A stretch of DNA of 64,000 bases, from assembly GCA_964247055.1 (NCBI GenBank), contig OZ176058.1, positions 868,001-932,000 on the forward strand, in the 5' to 3' direction. Below the pieces are notes generated by a model. It searched no databases. It saw only the letters and a list, made by a program, of their open reading frames with translations, and was not told the DNA's origin. Below, one piece after another: positions 11,815 through 25,395 of the stretch (positions within the stretch are counted from its first letter, which is position 1; each line of letters begins with the position of its first letter). Position numbers and translations under genes: made by a program. This DNA comes from Paragordius varius. Its lineage: Eukaryota; Animalia; Nematomorpha.

Positions 11815-13685
11815 CTAAAAACCAATGTATAAGCTGTTGAAAAAGCGGTATCACAAAACATGTTTTCAGCTCGATTTCCTAAATAATTATTAAATGATCC
11901 AAAAATATTCTCAGATTTTTCAATTTAATCAAAAAACTTTTAAAAAATTCTATAAAAATAACCAATATTTATCAATAAAAATTAATGTATAAGCCGTTGG
12001 AATTAAAATAATACCTAAATATCACAAAAATATTTAATATTGTTCAAAAACATATAAAAAAATACTAATGTAAATTTTTTAAAATAATTTAAATTTTTCA
12101 ATTTTATAATTATCAAAAAATAACCAATGTGTGACTAGAGAAGGTCGACTAATATAAAACGGAAAAAGGTAAAGATGAAACTTTAAACTTTCAATCAATT
12201 AAATTTTAAAATCATTGCTAAATATCAATGTAATATGAATCAAAAGGAGGTAAAAATTTATGGTAATGTTTAATTTACAGACTGTATAAATAATATAACC
12301 TAAATATCTCAAAAATTTAAATTCATCATTCTTAAATTTTATTATTTCATATAATTAAAAATCTAATAATCAGTTGAGGGTTGGTATCGGAAAAGTCGCT
12401 ATAAGACATTTTTCAAGCATTATGCTTAAATACCGCAAATACTTGATAAATCATTTAAAACTCTTATAAAGGATTCTGAAAATTTCAAAAAAATTATAAA
12501 AGTTCTTAAATTATCAATTTTATAAATTTCAATAATAACCAATATGTATCCAGAAAAAGTAAGCAAATATCATGAAAAAATAAAAAGTTGAATTAAATTT
12601 AAAAATGTTAGACTTTTAAAACCATAAAAATATATATTTTCTTCAAATAATCATTTTAAAATTTATTTTATATAGTATGGCACTTAATTATATATCTACT
12701 TTCTTTTGATTCATATTGCTTTGAAATTAAATTATCAAAAATTTAAAAAAATTTTACGCAAATTTCTTAGAATTTAATATATTACAAAAAAGATTTTTAG
12801 TTTTTAACAAAAAAACAATATGAACCAGGAAGGTAAGCCAATTGTTTAGGCCGTAGGAAAAACTGCGCCCTCTTTATAAGACATTTCTCATTTTTTAGGC
12901 ATTTCGCTTTATAATTTTCAATAGTATAAATTAAAAAATTCTTTTCCGAAAAAAAATATGTTAAAAAAATCAATTTTTAAATTTTACATCGGATTAAACC
13001 GATTTTTAACAAGATGACATAGAAATTGATATACAAATTTCTTAAATTTAAAAATTTTACAAAATTCAATTTTGAAATTCAATTTTGTCGCCAAAAAACT
13101 TATAAAATTTGGGTAAAAAAAACCAATAAAAAGGTAGGCTAATGTAGAAGTTGTTGAAAAAGCTGCACCCTCTTTATAACGCATTTTTTCAAACATGTGG
13201 CTTAAATACCTGAAAAACTAAATTTTCAAATATAATACAATTTTAAAAAATTTATCTTCAATCGCAAATTTTGATATCATAAACTTTTTAAATTTCCCAT
13301 AAATACCCAATATAACCAAAAAAATTAATAGAAGTGTGTAAAATAAAATTACAAAAAAGGTTTAATTTTAAAAAAAACTGTATAAATAGTTTAAATTTAA
13401 TAAAATTTTCAAAAAATTTTTTAAAATTTTTTATAAAGATCCTATATATAAAATATGAATCAATATGAGGTAAGCCAATGTATAAGCCGTGGGGAAAGCT
13501 GCGCCCTCTTCATAAGACATTTTTTCAGGATTTTGCTTAAATATCTCAAAAACTTGAAAGATCATTCAATTATTAATTAAAAAAATTAACAAATTAAAAA
13601 ATTCTTATATAAAATTATCAATATCAAAAGCTCTATAAATATAGAGTGTAGAAATCAATAGAAGTGAACAAATTATAACCAGAAC

Positions 13686-13716
<31 letters not shown>

Positions 13717-13870
13717 CTTAAAAACCTTTCATAATTCTCAAGTAAATAGTAAAAGAAGTGTCAAATTGCAAAAATTCTAAAAAATCTCATAGTAAATACA
13801 ACCAATAATTAATAGGATGTAAGCCAATGTATAAGCCGTGGGGAAAGCTGCGCCCTCTTTATAAGTTTAT
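11815..13870. repeat. Degenerating tandem copies of the VAT1L exon 3 3' half
   Basis: GTAAGCCAATGTATAAGCCGTGGGGAAAGCTGC at about 13470 and 13820; more diverged copies near 13135, 12830, 12380, 11985, 11822. Confidence 0.88.
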
Positions 13871-13977
13871 ATAAATATCTCAAAATCTCTTTGAAATTCT
13901 CGAAACTTAATCAATTTAATTATATATTTAATTTTTAAATATCAAAAATAATCTTTCTAGTTTAAAAATTAAATTAC

Positions 13978-14140
13978 CAATATGAATCAATAGGAGGTAA
14001 GCCAATGTATAAGCCGTGGGGAAAGCTGCCCCCTCTTCATAAGACATCTTTTCAGGCATTTTGAAAACATAATTTGCAGGCACATTCACAAACTCTGACC
14101 AAGCCCCAAAATGCATGAAAGCCATAACCCGATCTCCAAT
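13978..14140 (-). CDS. VAT1L: VAT-1-like protein, exon 3 (IGDRVMAFMHFGAWSEFV...EGAAFPTAYTLAYLLLIHI)
   Basis: AG at 14142-14141, GT at 13977-13976, 163 nt. Contains GDRVMAF, AW.E.V and MS..E.AAFP motifs. Confidence 0.93.
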
Positions 14141-14264
14141 CTATTGGTTATGAAAAAAAATTATAAAAAAGATTAATATTTTTTTAAATTTACAGGTAAA
14201 AATTTAAAAATTTTGAAGAAAATAAATTTTATAATTATTTTAAAATAAATTGACATATTTTTTT

Positions 14265-14550
14265 GGTTTTAATATCCTGAATAAATTTAATACAAAATTT
14301 TGGAAAAAATAAATTTTATAATTATATTAGATATAAAAAAATTAATGTTTTAAAATTTAATATCCTAAATAAATTTAATATCAAAATTTGAAAAAATAAA
14401 TTTTATAATTATATTAGATATAAAAAAATTAATGATTTAAAATTTAATATCCATAAATTTAATATTAAAATTTGAAATAAAAAATTAATGTTTTAAAATT
14501 TAATATCCTAAATAAATTTAATATCAAAATTTGAAATAAAAATTTTAAAA
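14265..14550. repeat. Intronic tandem repeat, about 85-bp unit
   Basis: TAATATCCTAAATAAATTTAATATCAAAATTTGAAA recurs 3-4 times. Confidence 0.75.
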
Positions 14551-16266
14551 TATTTTTAGGAAATAATTTGATATATACTTTTTTTGGTGTTCAACATAAT
14601 ATAAATATATAATAGTTTTGTAAATTTTTTAAAATATAAAGCTTTTTATTATGTTTCACACTAAAATTTGCGCATAAAATTTAATGCTTTTAAAAAAATT
14701 CATTATTTTTCGATTTTATAATTTAAAACAATCCCCAAATAAGAATACTTTAGTGTTTCAAAGGCAGTAAATTACATTAAAAATTGAAATTACCGGACAA
14801 ATTGTAAAAATATAAAGACAATTTTTTTTTCAAAAGACAACTTTGTTTTTTTAAAGCTTAATTTACTTTGAAAAACATTTAATTACAATCGGAAAATACA
14901 TAATTAATTGTGTTATTAATTGACATTTCTATATTATAATTTGTAGTATGAGTTATATTTAAAAAAATAAAGATAAACAAGTATGGTTGTCTTTTTAAAA
15001 AAATATTTGTCTTTATATTTTCACGTTTTGTCCGTATAATTTTAATTTTTACTGTAATATACTGAATAAATTCAATATAATAATTTTAATATAATAAATT
15101 TTATAATTATTTTAGAATATTAATTTATATATATTTTGTATATATTTGTTATATTGAATGAAGATTTTTATTAAATTGTGTATAATAAACTTAATGATGC
15201 ATATAAAAATTCTTTACAAATTTAAGAATCAGGATATTCAAAAAGATTGATATATTTGACATTGGGTTAAATGTTTTCTATAGTTTTGAAAAATACATTT
15301 TTTGAAATTTGAAATAAAAAATTTTTATTGATGCTGAAAATTTATAACTATATTTAAAGTCCGTAAATTTAATAAAAAGATCTATTTGTTATAGGGGTTT
15401 TTTAAAACTTTTCCAATCTATAGTATGCAAAAAAATTTTTTAGATTTGACATTTTGAAAAATAAATCTCATAATTTATAATAATTTTTTTATATAAAAAT
15501 ATATACATTTTTTTTTCGATATATTAAAATTATACAAAGTATTATAAATCTTATATGTGAACATTTTCCAAATATATTTTATACCATTTATAATAATTTA
15601 AATTCACCCTAAAAATAAATTGAGTGTTTTCGGGCTATAACTTATCACTTTATTATGGCATATTTATTTCAATATTATATAAATTTTGGACGAAATTTTA
15701 TTTTTTTAAAAATAAGTAATTTTTAATTAAAAACATAATTTATTTTAGGGTGTTCGATTACGATAAAATTATATACGGACAACTATTTTTTATTAAAAAC
15801 ACCGGTGTACTATTCGAAACTTGAATTCATTTATTATAACCATTGCTTTAAATAGCATAGTACGACGAAATTGAAATTTAAAGCGTTAAAACAATCATTT
15901 TACCATTTACACTAATAAATTATGTGCTTTTTAAGATTAAATACTCCCTATATTTTTTTATATTTATAAAAAATTAATTTGTTTGTAAATAAAATACTGA
16001 AAAAATAATAAACTATGCCATAAGAATATTTTTGTTATTAATGATGATTTAATTTAGCCCGAAAACACATATAAAGTACAAAGGGTATACTAAAAAATTG
16101 TAATTAAATATTATAAGAAGATTTAAGGTCTAAAAAAGTGTCATTGTCTTTTTTTTAAAAAAAAATATTTGTCTTTAATACGTTTTGACTCTATATTTTT
16201 CAAATCTGTACTGCGTATTTAACGGGGGTAAAAAAATAAAAAAAATATATTTTTTTATTTATATTA

Positions 16267-16446
16267 CAGTATGAGTAAGTACTAATTAATTAATAGCATA
16301 TGCAGCAAAGTAAATTATTATTGGCTAATAATAGCAAAAAAGTGAAAATAATAACTATAAGCCAATAATACTGCCCTTTGTTGTGTATGTAAGCTATTTG
16401 GCAATAATTAACAACTTTATAGCAATGTATATACTTACTCATACTA
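16267..16446. mobile_element. Short MITE (CAGTATGAGTAAGTA termini); inverted copy about 28245-28432
   Basis: Terminal inverted repeats and a second reverse-complement copy. Confidence 0.7.
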
Positions 16447-16543
16447 TAATAAACTTTAGTTTTTTATATATGATGAGTTATTGAAAAATAAACTTATACT
16501 TATATTTAGTTTTTAACTTTGTTAAAAATAAAATATTTTATAC

Positions 16544-16673
16544 TTGAAATCCTGAAACTTCGGCCCCAACCATGGTAACATCACCGGAACATTCAAAGCC
16601 TGGCGTAAAAGGTGTTTTGGGGATTCCTTCGATAGCTCCCTGTCTTACCATAAGGTCATGGAATGAAATACCA
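16544..16673 (-). CDS. VAT1L: VAT-1-like protein, exon 2 (GISFHDLMVRQGAIEGIPKTPFTPGFECSGDVTMVGAEVSGFQ)
   Basis: AG at 16675-16674, GT at 16543-16542, 130 nt. PGFECSG and DLMVRQG are VAT1L motifs. Not in the ORF track. Confidence 0.93.
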
Positions 16674-16804
16674 CTAGAAAATTTTTAATATAAAAAAATG
16701 TACAGTAAAAATGAAAATTATATGGGGACAAAACGTGAAAATATAAAAACAAATATTTTGGTGTTTTATAAAAAAGCAACCATATTTTAATATTAATTTT
16801 TTAG

Positions 16805-16984
16805 TATGCATTTTAATGGTTGCTTATTTCCCACTATAGTAAGGCAATTTGCAAAAACATAGGACTGTATGGAAAAAACTACAAAATGTTAAATAAATAA
16901 ACATATCCTTTCTTTTTTCCATACACTCCTGTGCAAATTGCACTACTATAGTGTATGTGAAATAAGCAACCATTAAAATGCATA
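16805..16984. mobile_element. Short MITE nested in a family A copy
   Basis: Perfect 26-bp inverted repeat TATGCATTTTAATGGTTGCTTATTTC at the ends. Confidence 0.7.
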
Positions 16985-17224
16985 ATGTAAGTATAATTAT
17001 TGTTTAGAATTGCAGAATAAGGGTTTTTAAAAAAGAAAGTATGGGGTTTGTTTAATGAAAAAATATATTTGAGTTTTAATGTTTTTACAATCTATATCCG
17101 TATAATCTCTCAATTTTACTGCATAATAATTTGTATTAAATATATCATTAAAATTTAAATTGGACAGATCTTTTAAGAGGTTTTCAAAAAAATTACTTAT
17201 TCTTATAATAAATATATCATATAC

Positions 17225-17421
17225 CTTGCTTTAACCCGTATCTGTACTTCATAAGGTTGGGGTTTAAGTGTTGTGACACGGCCTATCGAGTATTTACTAC
17301 CTTTAAAACCATTTTGTAGTATAACTCTATGTGTTCCCGGTGTTCGAACATTGGGGTCACTCCCTGCCATTTCTTCAAGTGTTAATTCGTCTTCTGACCA
17401 TTCATCATCAGCCGAGGCCAT
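17225..17421 (-). CDS. VAT1L: VAT-1-like protein, coding exon 1 (MASADDEWSE...EVQIRVKA)
   Basis: ATG at 17421-17419, 65 codons plus 2 nt, GT donor at 17224. Joins exon 2 in frame to give VKA-S-GISFHDLMVRQG, matching the VAT1L N-terminal RVKACGLNFIDLMVRQG motif. A pyrimidine tract and AG lie 10 nt upstream of the ATG (17433-17432), implying a further non-coding exon. Confidence 0.9.
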
Positions 17422-18279
17422 TTAATTTTAACTAGTGATAAAAATAAAATTTAAAAAAAAAATTTGAAATTTTATAGTTTCAATAATGTTAAACGTTTTA
17501 TTTGTGTGTTTTCCACCATATAATTTAAATGGTTTAAACCCAAAAAGTTTCTTAATTTTGGTCCGCGATCAAGTGTGTGTATAGAATAATTAACTATGAA
17601 ATTAAAATCAAATCTATAGATTGATTAGATTTAGAGCACAGTTTTTAGGAGCGGGTTAAAAATTACGGTATGATTGTTAATTTGTTTTTTTTGGTTTGGG
17701 TCCCAATTCTACTATTAAATTCAATGGGTTTGGTTTTTTCGTACTAGTGTTAATTTATAACGGTGAAAATCGTAAAAAAAGTTATAAAATTTAACTAGTG
17801 TTTGGGTGTTTTTATGGTTGCATTGTCGTTAAAAGTAATTACTAAATGTTATTATGAATTTTTGTTTTTAATCGGTTCGGATTTTATTTTTTTTATATTT
17901 AAGTTGTCTTAGAGTGGTTTATTCTGAGAAAAGGAATGTAGTTATGAGTAATATTAAATTTTGCATGTTTTTAGTTACAAATTAAAAATATATTTTGCGC
18001 ATTGATTACAGTTTTTTTGAGTAAACAACCTTTTCAGCTCCAACAAAAAATTTAAAGAGTTAAAATTTATTTGATTCCATATGAATATTAATGCCAAATT
18101 TTTAAAAATTATTCGCTGTTTCATTTTTGCTTATTTAAGGTAATCTAAAAATAGCAGAGTTGCGTTGAGAGCGAAATTGTTTAGTTGCGTTTTTATGAAT
18201 CGCGGCAAAAGATAGTTTGGGAACCGCTTTTTGAAATTTCATTTGGTTTTAAAACGCATTATAAAAAAGTTAATGGTTC

Positions 18280-18435
18280 CGGCTCCTTACCCTGATACGC
18301 TATAATTGTTTTATGGTTTTGGTCAGCCATAGTTTCCAAAATCAATAACAAGTTTTACGTCCAGGTTAAATTTTTCATCAAAGATGGCGGTTTCCTCTCC
18401 CAACTTTTAGTTTTAGTTGTGGCCTGTGAGTATGT
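18280..18435. promoter_or_regulatory. Candidate promoter and non-coding first-exon region of VAT1L
   Basis: Locally GC- and CpG-enriched. Minus-strand CAGG|GTAAGG donor at 18290 could pair with the AG at 17433. YY1-type AAGATGGCGG at 18381-18390. Confidence 0.4.
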
Positions 18436-19390
18436 TTAAAAAAAGGTCCCGAATTCCAAATGGCAATTTATTAATTATTTAATATCCGCCTCAGATTTCA
18501 CAAAATACAAGCAAGTAAATTTGTATTATTTTTACATAAATATAATTTTAATTTTTATTAATAAAATTTCCAACAAAAGATAAAATATTAAACGAATTAA
18601 AAAATCCCTATCGCGACCCCAAAAATTTCGGTCTACACTTAAACTTTTAATATTATCTAAACCAAATAAATCCTATAAACCATACCTATCATATGTGGTG
18701 CTTTAATACTATCAAACTATTTATATATGTAGGAAGTAATTATTAGTTAACTAAAATTAAATCCCAAAACTATACAAAGTTTGGAATTTTAACAATTTTT
18801 CACTTATGATGATGTCATACAAATTTTTTAGAGCAATTTTTCAAAAAATTTTGATTTTGATTTCCAATCTTAGCGATTGAATGGTTTAGACTAGATATAT
18901 GGCTGGATTCAAAAGCGCTCAGAATTGTTTTAATTTTTTAACCGTAAAACTCAATTTTAGATCTGAAAAGTCATATATTTTTTTGCTTAATGCTATAAAA
19001 ATTGAATTGATGTTTAATCAGACATTAATTAAATTTGTAAAAGAAAATTAAATAATCATTTTTCAGTAAAATTTTACAGTTAAAATATACCATTTACAGT
19101 TCAAATACATCCTTGACAATTCATATTCACCCTGGAATAATTTTAATTCACCCTTAAATTAATTATGTTTTATTTTAAGATTAAATATTATCCTTAATAT
19201 TTCTATAATATAATATTCTGTTTAAATAATTATATGATGAAAAAAAATCAACTATGTTGTAAAAATATTTCCTATTTAAGATGAGTTTTATTAGCCCGAA
19301 AACACATAATTTATGTTTAGGTTGAATTTGAATTATTCGAGGGTGAATTTGAATTGTTGAAGGGTAAATTTAAATTGTAAATGGCATTTA

Positions 19391-19438
<48 letters not shown>

Positions 19439-20399
19439 GCTTTCGGAAAATTTAATTTTCATTTAAAAAAATCAAAACATACCTTTATTTTCTTTGAAGT
19501 ATAGTAATGAGGGATATTAATATGATTAATGTGATTTGAAATATAGATGTGTTATTTTTTAAAATTGAAAATCAATATTTTATTGAGAGTTTAAAATACA
19601 AATTCATTAATCAAAAGAAAAATATAACGCGGTAAATAGAGTTTGTCTTTATATATATATATATATATATATATATTAGTATTTACATGATTTTTTTCAA
19701 GAAAAATGGGTTTTTCCAATAACTAGCTATAACCAATATTTTATATTCCATTATTTTTTGTGTATTCTTGGGATTTGTATTGGAAAAAATCTATACATTA
19801 AAATTACACATCATATGTATTAATATTGATTTATTGGGTGCTCTTATTATTAACTATTGAAAATAAATAATTTTATTATATATAGTTAACATTAAAATTA
19901 TACAGACAAAACTTATAAATACTAAAAGACAATTAATTTTTTTTTAGATAAGGACCACCATACTTTAACCTTAATTTTTGCAACATAAACTATTCAATTA
20001 CATATATTTACAGTAAAAATTAAAAATATACGGACAAAACGTAAAAACATAAAGACAAATATTTTTATATTTAAGATAACCATACTTTTTTAAAACTTAA
20101 TTATTCCTATATATGCTATTTAGATACAATTGTAAAACATAGAATTGATTGTGCTATTTATTATATCTCTATTCTAAACTTTATTATTTTAAAAAATGAG
20201 TTATTTTTAAAAAAATAAAAAATTTAAAAGTATGGTTGTTTTTAGAAAAAATGTTTGTCTTTATATTTTTGCGTTTTGCCCCCATTTTTACTGTATAATT
20301 ATATAACTTAGTTCAATACATATATATATATATATATATACCCATTCTTTATTTAGAATTCCACATGTTGAAAGTTTTATATTTGAAAAAAAAGATTTT

Positions 20400-21010
20400 A
20401 AAAATAAAGTTTTTCTTTTATTGTGTTTATTTGGTGTTAATTTAATTTTTTTTACCGGAAAATATATTTTTACATTCTTTAATTTAAAGTTATAAATCTC
20501 AGATGTTGTTTAATTCTAATATATTTTTTTATTTTTATAGTTTAAACAAAAAATCCTCACAAATGTCCAAAATTTATTAATTTTAAATATTAATAATATT
20601 GTCTTATTTAAAAGATATTATTGGTCTCTTACTTTTTACATTTGGTGTAAAATTAATTTTTTTACTGGAAAATATATTTTTCTATAATTTTAAATGATAT
20701 TTAATTTAAACTACCGTTATAATTCTTTGATGTTGTTTAATTTAAAATATTTTTTATAAATATTATAGTTTATCACAAATGTCTAAAATCATTAATTTTA
20801 AAAATAAAAATAAAGTTTTTTTTAAAAGATATTATTGTCTTTTACTTACATTTGGTGTGTAAAATTTAATTTTTTTTACTTGAAAATATATTTTTTATAT
20901 AATTTTAATGAATTTAATTTAAAATACCGTTAAATCCCTGATGAATCTTTGTTTAATTTAAAATATATTTTTAAAAATATTATAGTTTAAATAAAATTTT
21001 TTAATAAAAC
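20400..21010. repeat. Tandem repeat, about 205-bp unit, 3 copies
   Basis: TTTGGTGT..AATTTTTTTTAC.GGAAAATATATTT and GATGTTGTTTAATT recur. Confidence 0.75.
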
Positions 21011-24000
21011 TCTAAAATTTAGAGGTTTATTTTAGGAATTTAAAATTTTAAAATTCCTGAATATAATGACTTTTGATAATTTAAAAATAGTTTTTCTTTT
21101 TAAAATATTGAAATCTAAATCAATTTTCTGAGATTTAATTTAATTTTTTAATTTTTCATTTATAATATGAGTTTTGCAATAATTAATCTTTAAAGGATAA
21201 TAAAAATAATCATTTAGAAAACTATATTTTTTGATTGTTTTACAGTAAAAATTGAAATTATACGGACAAAATGTAAAATATTTTTTTTCTAAAAGATAAC
21301 TAATACTTTATTTTTTTTGAGATATAAAACATTGTTTATAGTTGCAAAGTATAAAATAGGGATGATAATGGTAACGCAATCAGTTATATATTTATTGTAA
21401 CTAAATAGTTTATAAGGGAATTAGTAAGGTTAAAAATAGCATGTTTGTCTTTTAGTTAAAAAACACTTGTCTTTATATCTTACGTGTTGTCCGTATAATT
21501 TCCATTTTACAGTAAAATAATTCCTATGGTTTATGGGTCGTATAAAATGAATAGGATCCTAATTGGCATTACACGCAATTACAGTAATATTTAAACAAAA
21601 TTCATAAAATAGCAAGTCTACGAAAATAGATAGCCATTAAATTATTATAATATCATAATGGTATTCAACTGACAGCATTAATATAAGACCAGATTTTCTT
21701 GAATAAATAGATTATCGTAAAATTGGGATTCGTCATCGGCATAATTAGACCATATATAATTAATATATATTTATTTTTTTAATATTTAATAGATGAATAT
21801 ATATACCATTTACAATACAAATCTAATTCACCCTTGAAAAATTCCAAACTCTAAAAATAATGTGTTTTTTGGCTTAAATAACTCATTATTTATATATCTT
21901 GGCTTAGTTTATTATTTTTTAGTATTTTAATTTTGTACAAAATAAATTTATAAAAATATTGGTTAACCTTTAATCTTACAAATATAGGGTGAATTTAAAT
22001 TGTTTAAGGGTGAATTTAAAGTTTAAATACATAAGGGTTATTTTTAATTATTTTAGATATAGTTAAAAAATTTTAAAAATAAAATTTTTTGTAGGGTTTG
22101 TAAGAATTCTCAAATCTGATGAAACAAACATTTTACTATTTAAAAATAAAGATACTATTAAATTTTATCATAACTTATTAAATAATGTTATTATTAACCA
22201 TAAATTACTTGTAATGTCAGTTTTTTTAGCAATTAAACAATTTTATATGGCTAAAACTTTGAGTAAATTTTTTCAATATTTTCTAACATACCCCACTGCT
22301 ATAGAATGCTTCTTTTAAAATTTGGCTTTATATCATAAATAAATCGCCCTTAAAAACTCCATAAAAGGTAGTAAAGTGCATTGCAATTTGAAAGGAATCT
22401 TTAGGTTTCATTTACAGTAAAAATTGAAATAATAGAGATACTAAACGTAATAACTAAAAGGCAAATATTTATTCCAAAAAAAGCCACATATTTTTACTAG
22501 ATTTTATTGAATAAAATCTGTAATTGTGATTTGCCATGTAAATTGGTAAACACTCGATTATATATTGCACAATCGTAATCATTTAGGCTATCATTAAAGA
22601 TTTATGGTTGTAATGATAAAAATATTTGTTTAATTTTACGTTTTGTCTTGAATTTTTATAGTAATTACAACATTATTAGCATTTGTGGTATTTATTAACA
22701 GTATTATTAATAATGCAGATAATAGCCCACTGATTCTTTAATAAGGCGTTTAAAAACCTATCCTATCTTTATAAAATAATTGAAACTTTTTTTACATTTT
22801 CCATATTTGATATTAAGTAAGTATTTTTGTTTCAACATATTGCTTTGGGTTGCGAAATATAGAATATATTTTTAAATTAATAAACACTCAATTATATATT
22901 AGGCAAATTTGATTATTTAGGTTATTTTTAATAAAATTAAGGATCAAATGATATTTTAAGATTTTATATAAATTTTAAATATATCTGGTTTAAATCTTTT
23001 ATATATAATGGGAAATCCTATCATAAATTAAATAACTAATTTATAATTTTTCTGCATACTTTCTACATGGACCAACAGTAACTTTAATACTAAAAAGTAT
23101 TTATTTTCAATTGGTATAAAATTATAATTTATTTTAAATATTTTTTAACCATAATATAATTTTTTAAATCACAACGTGATATTTTCAGTAGATAACATAT
23201 TTATCAAAAATATATATGTATATAGTTTATTTTCATTTTTTCATAAAATGTATGATTGCAAAGTTCTATTACTTGATTCAGCTTCGATTTAAATTGAAGT
23301 AGTTGGATACCTCAGGCCTGTTTAAAACTAAATACTTCAAAATATGAAATGAATTGAAACCATTATATAACATAATCAACCTTATTATAAAAAAATATTC
23401 AATAAAAAATACTTGACTTATTTTAAAGTAAAATCAACGGATAAAAATTTAGTCAATATGGCATGTGTGCATCAGCTAAATTTAAAATAATATAAAATAA
23501 ACCACTTTTTCTTTTTTATCATTGCTAGATGCGATTTTAAAATTTAATATAGCTCCAAAAAATAAACACAAATATTTTACAAAAATATTGTGAAATAAAA
23601 ATGACGTCGAAGTAGTATGGTAATACAACTAATTTTTAATAGAATAAATTTAAATCGTTTTATTCCAAAAGTTTTTTAAAAATATCAACTTAGTTATTAT
23701 TTGGGGTTTTTAATACCCCAATTTGAATCAAACTGAAACAATTTTGGGAAAAACCCACAGGATATAAAATCAAAATTATTAACTTAAGAAGTACACCTAT
23801 TTAAATATAAGATTAATTTCAGTCATTATATAGGTATTTTTGATATAAATAGATGGCTGATTTATAAATGTTAGAATATAAAAAGGAATGGATTAAAAAC
23901 TTTCAATAATAAATGTATATTAGTGAATCTAAAATTTTTTATTTCACAGTTACTATTTCAACAATATTTTAATCGAAAATTAAATATTCTATTATATATT

Positions 24001-25395
24001 CGGCAACTGATAATTTCATCGCTTAAACATTTCAATTCACCTTGAACATTTCAAGTTACCTTGATAATTTTTGAAGAAATTTCTTCCTTATTAATTTAAT
24101 AAAAAAATTATTTGCCTATATAATTGCTATGTGGAAACCTACCAATATTCTTTGAATAAAAAAATTAACTCAAACTGATCGGATACCTAACATCTATTTT
24201 TAAACCAGGCACGGTTTTAAACTCAATTATGCCTATCGATTGAATATTAATATGTGATAATATAATGATAAATTTTTTTAAAAAAACTTGCTTTTTTCGA
24301 TTGAAGTGCTGTCTGAAATTTTAGTAGTTTCCGATGCAAAATATTATTCCATTAGTATATGTTAAACGCATTATATGCATTTTTCATTGTAATAATTTTT
24401 AACCAACAAATTCAAAATACCATTGTCGCTTTCTTAAAGCTGGTTAACCCTTTTTTAGTGTCTGTATACAATTCACCTACCGATAATTTCGAAGTTATAT
24501 CAAAAATGTAATAGGTAGAAAGTATATAATCAATCTTTCAATTAGCTCCAATTTTGAAACAATTGTTCCAGAGTTATAAAAATTTATAAATTGAATACCT
24601 CTACACCAAAACGGATTCAATCCATGCTTACAAAGCTATGAATTCTCTCTTTTCCAAGAGAAAGAATTTACTTGCGTCAATAAAATAAACTCCATCCAAT
24701 ATGTTACTTAATACACAATAAAAACTAAATTTTACAGGCACAACCTAAATTATTAAATCAATTTGACAGGTGTATGAATAATATATTTTTCTAAATCATG
24801 TATGGACTGACTAAGTTTTAAACGGAAAAATATTAATATTATTTTTTAAAAGACAAAAGTAGTTTTTAGACTTGATTTTATAAATACACATTTTTACTGC
24901 AATTTATGAAATAGGAATGTAGATTAGTAACAGTATATTTATGTTTTTACAAATAGTTATCTAATAATTATTGAAAAAATTAAGGGTTTAGAATATGGTT
25001 GTTTAAAATGTTTGTCTTTATGTTTTTGCGTTTTTCCGTATAATATCAATTTTTAGTAAATTGATTAATTTAGTTCTTCAATGGTAATAGTAATTTGAAA
25101 AACTGTAAGTATTAAACGCTATATTAAATTTAATTTTTAATAAAAGATAAGAACATTGTTATACTCAATTTTTTAAAAAAATCCATATACCATGTTTACT
25201 ATGGTTTTTCTATCTTGCTCACCAGTATGTATCATTAACACCGCTCTCCTTAGTATATTTATTTGTTGAGATATACCTATACAGTAAAATTGATACATAC
25301 AAAACTTAAAAACATAAGACAATTTTTTTTTGAAAAGATAACCCTATTCTTATATTTCTATAATATAAACAAGCACAATGTTGGGGGACATATAT

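Noticed and set aside
17567-17576. GATCAAGTGT (and ATCGCTTCT near 37288) resembling U2 snRNA
   Set aside because: Only 9-10 nt match, with no surrounding U2 sequence.
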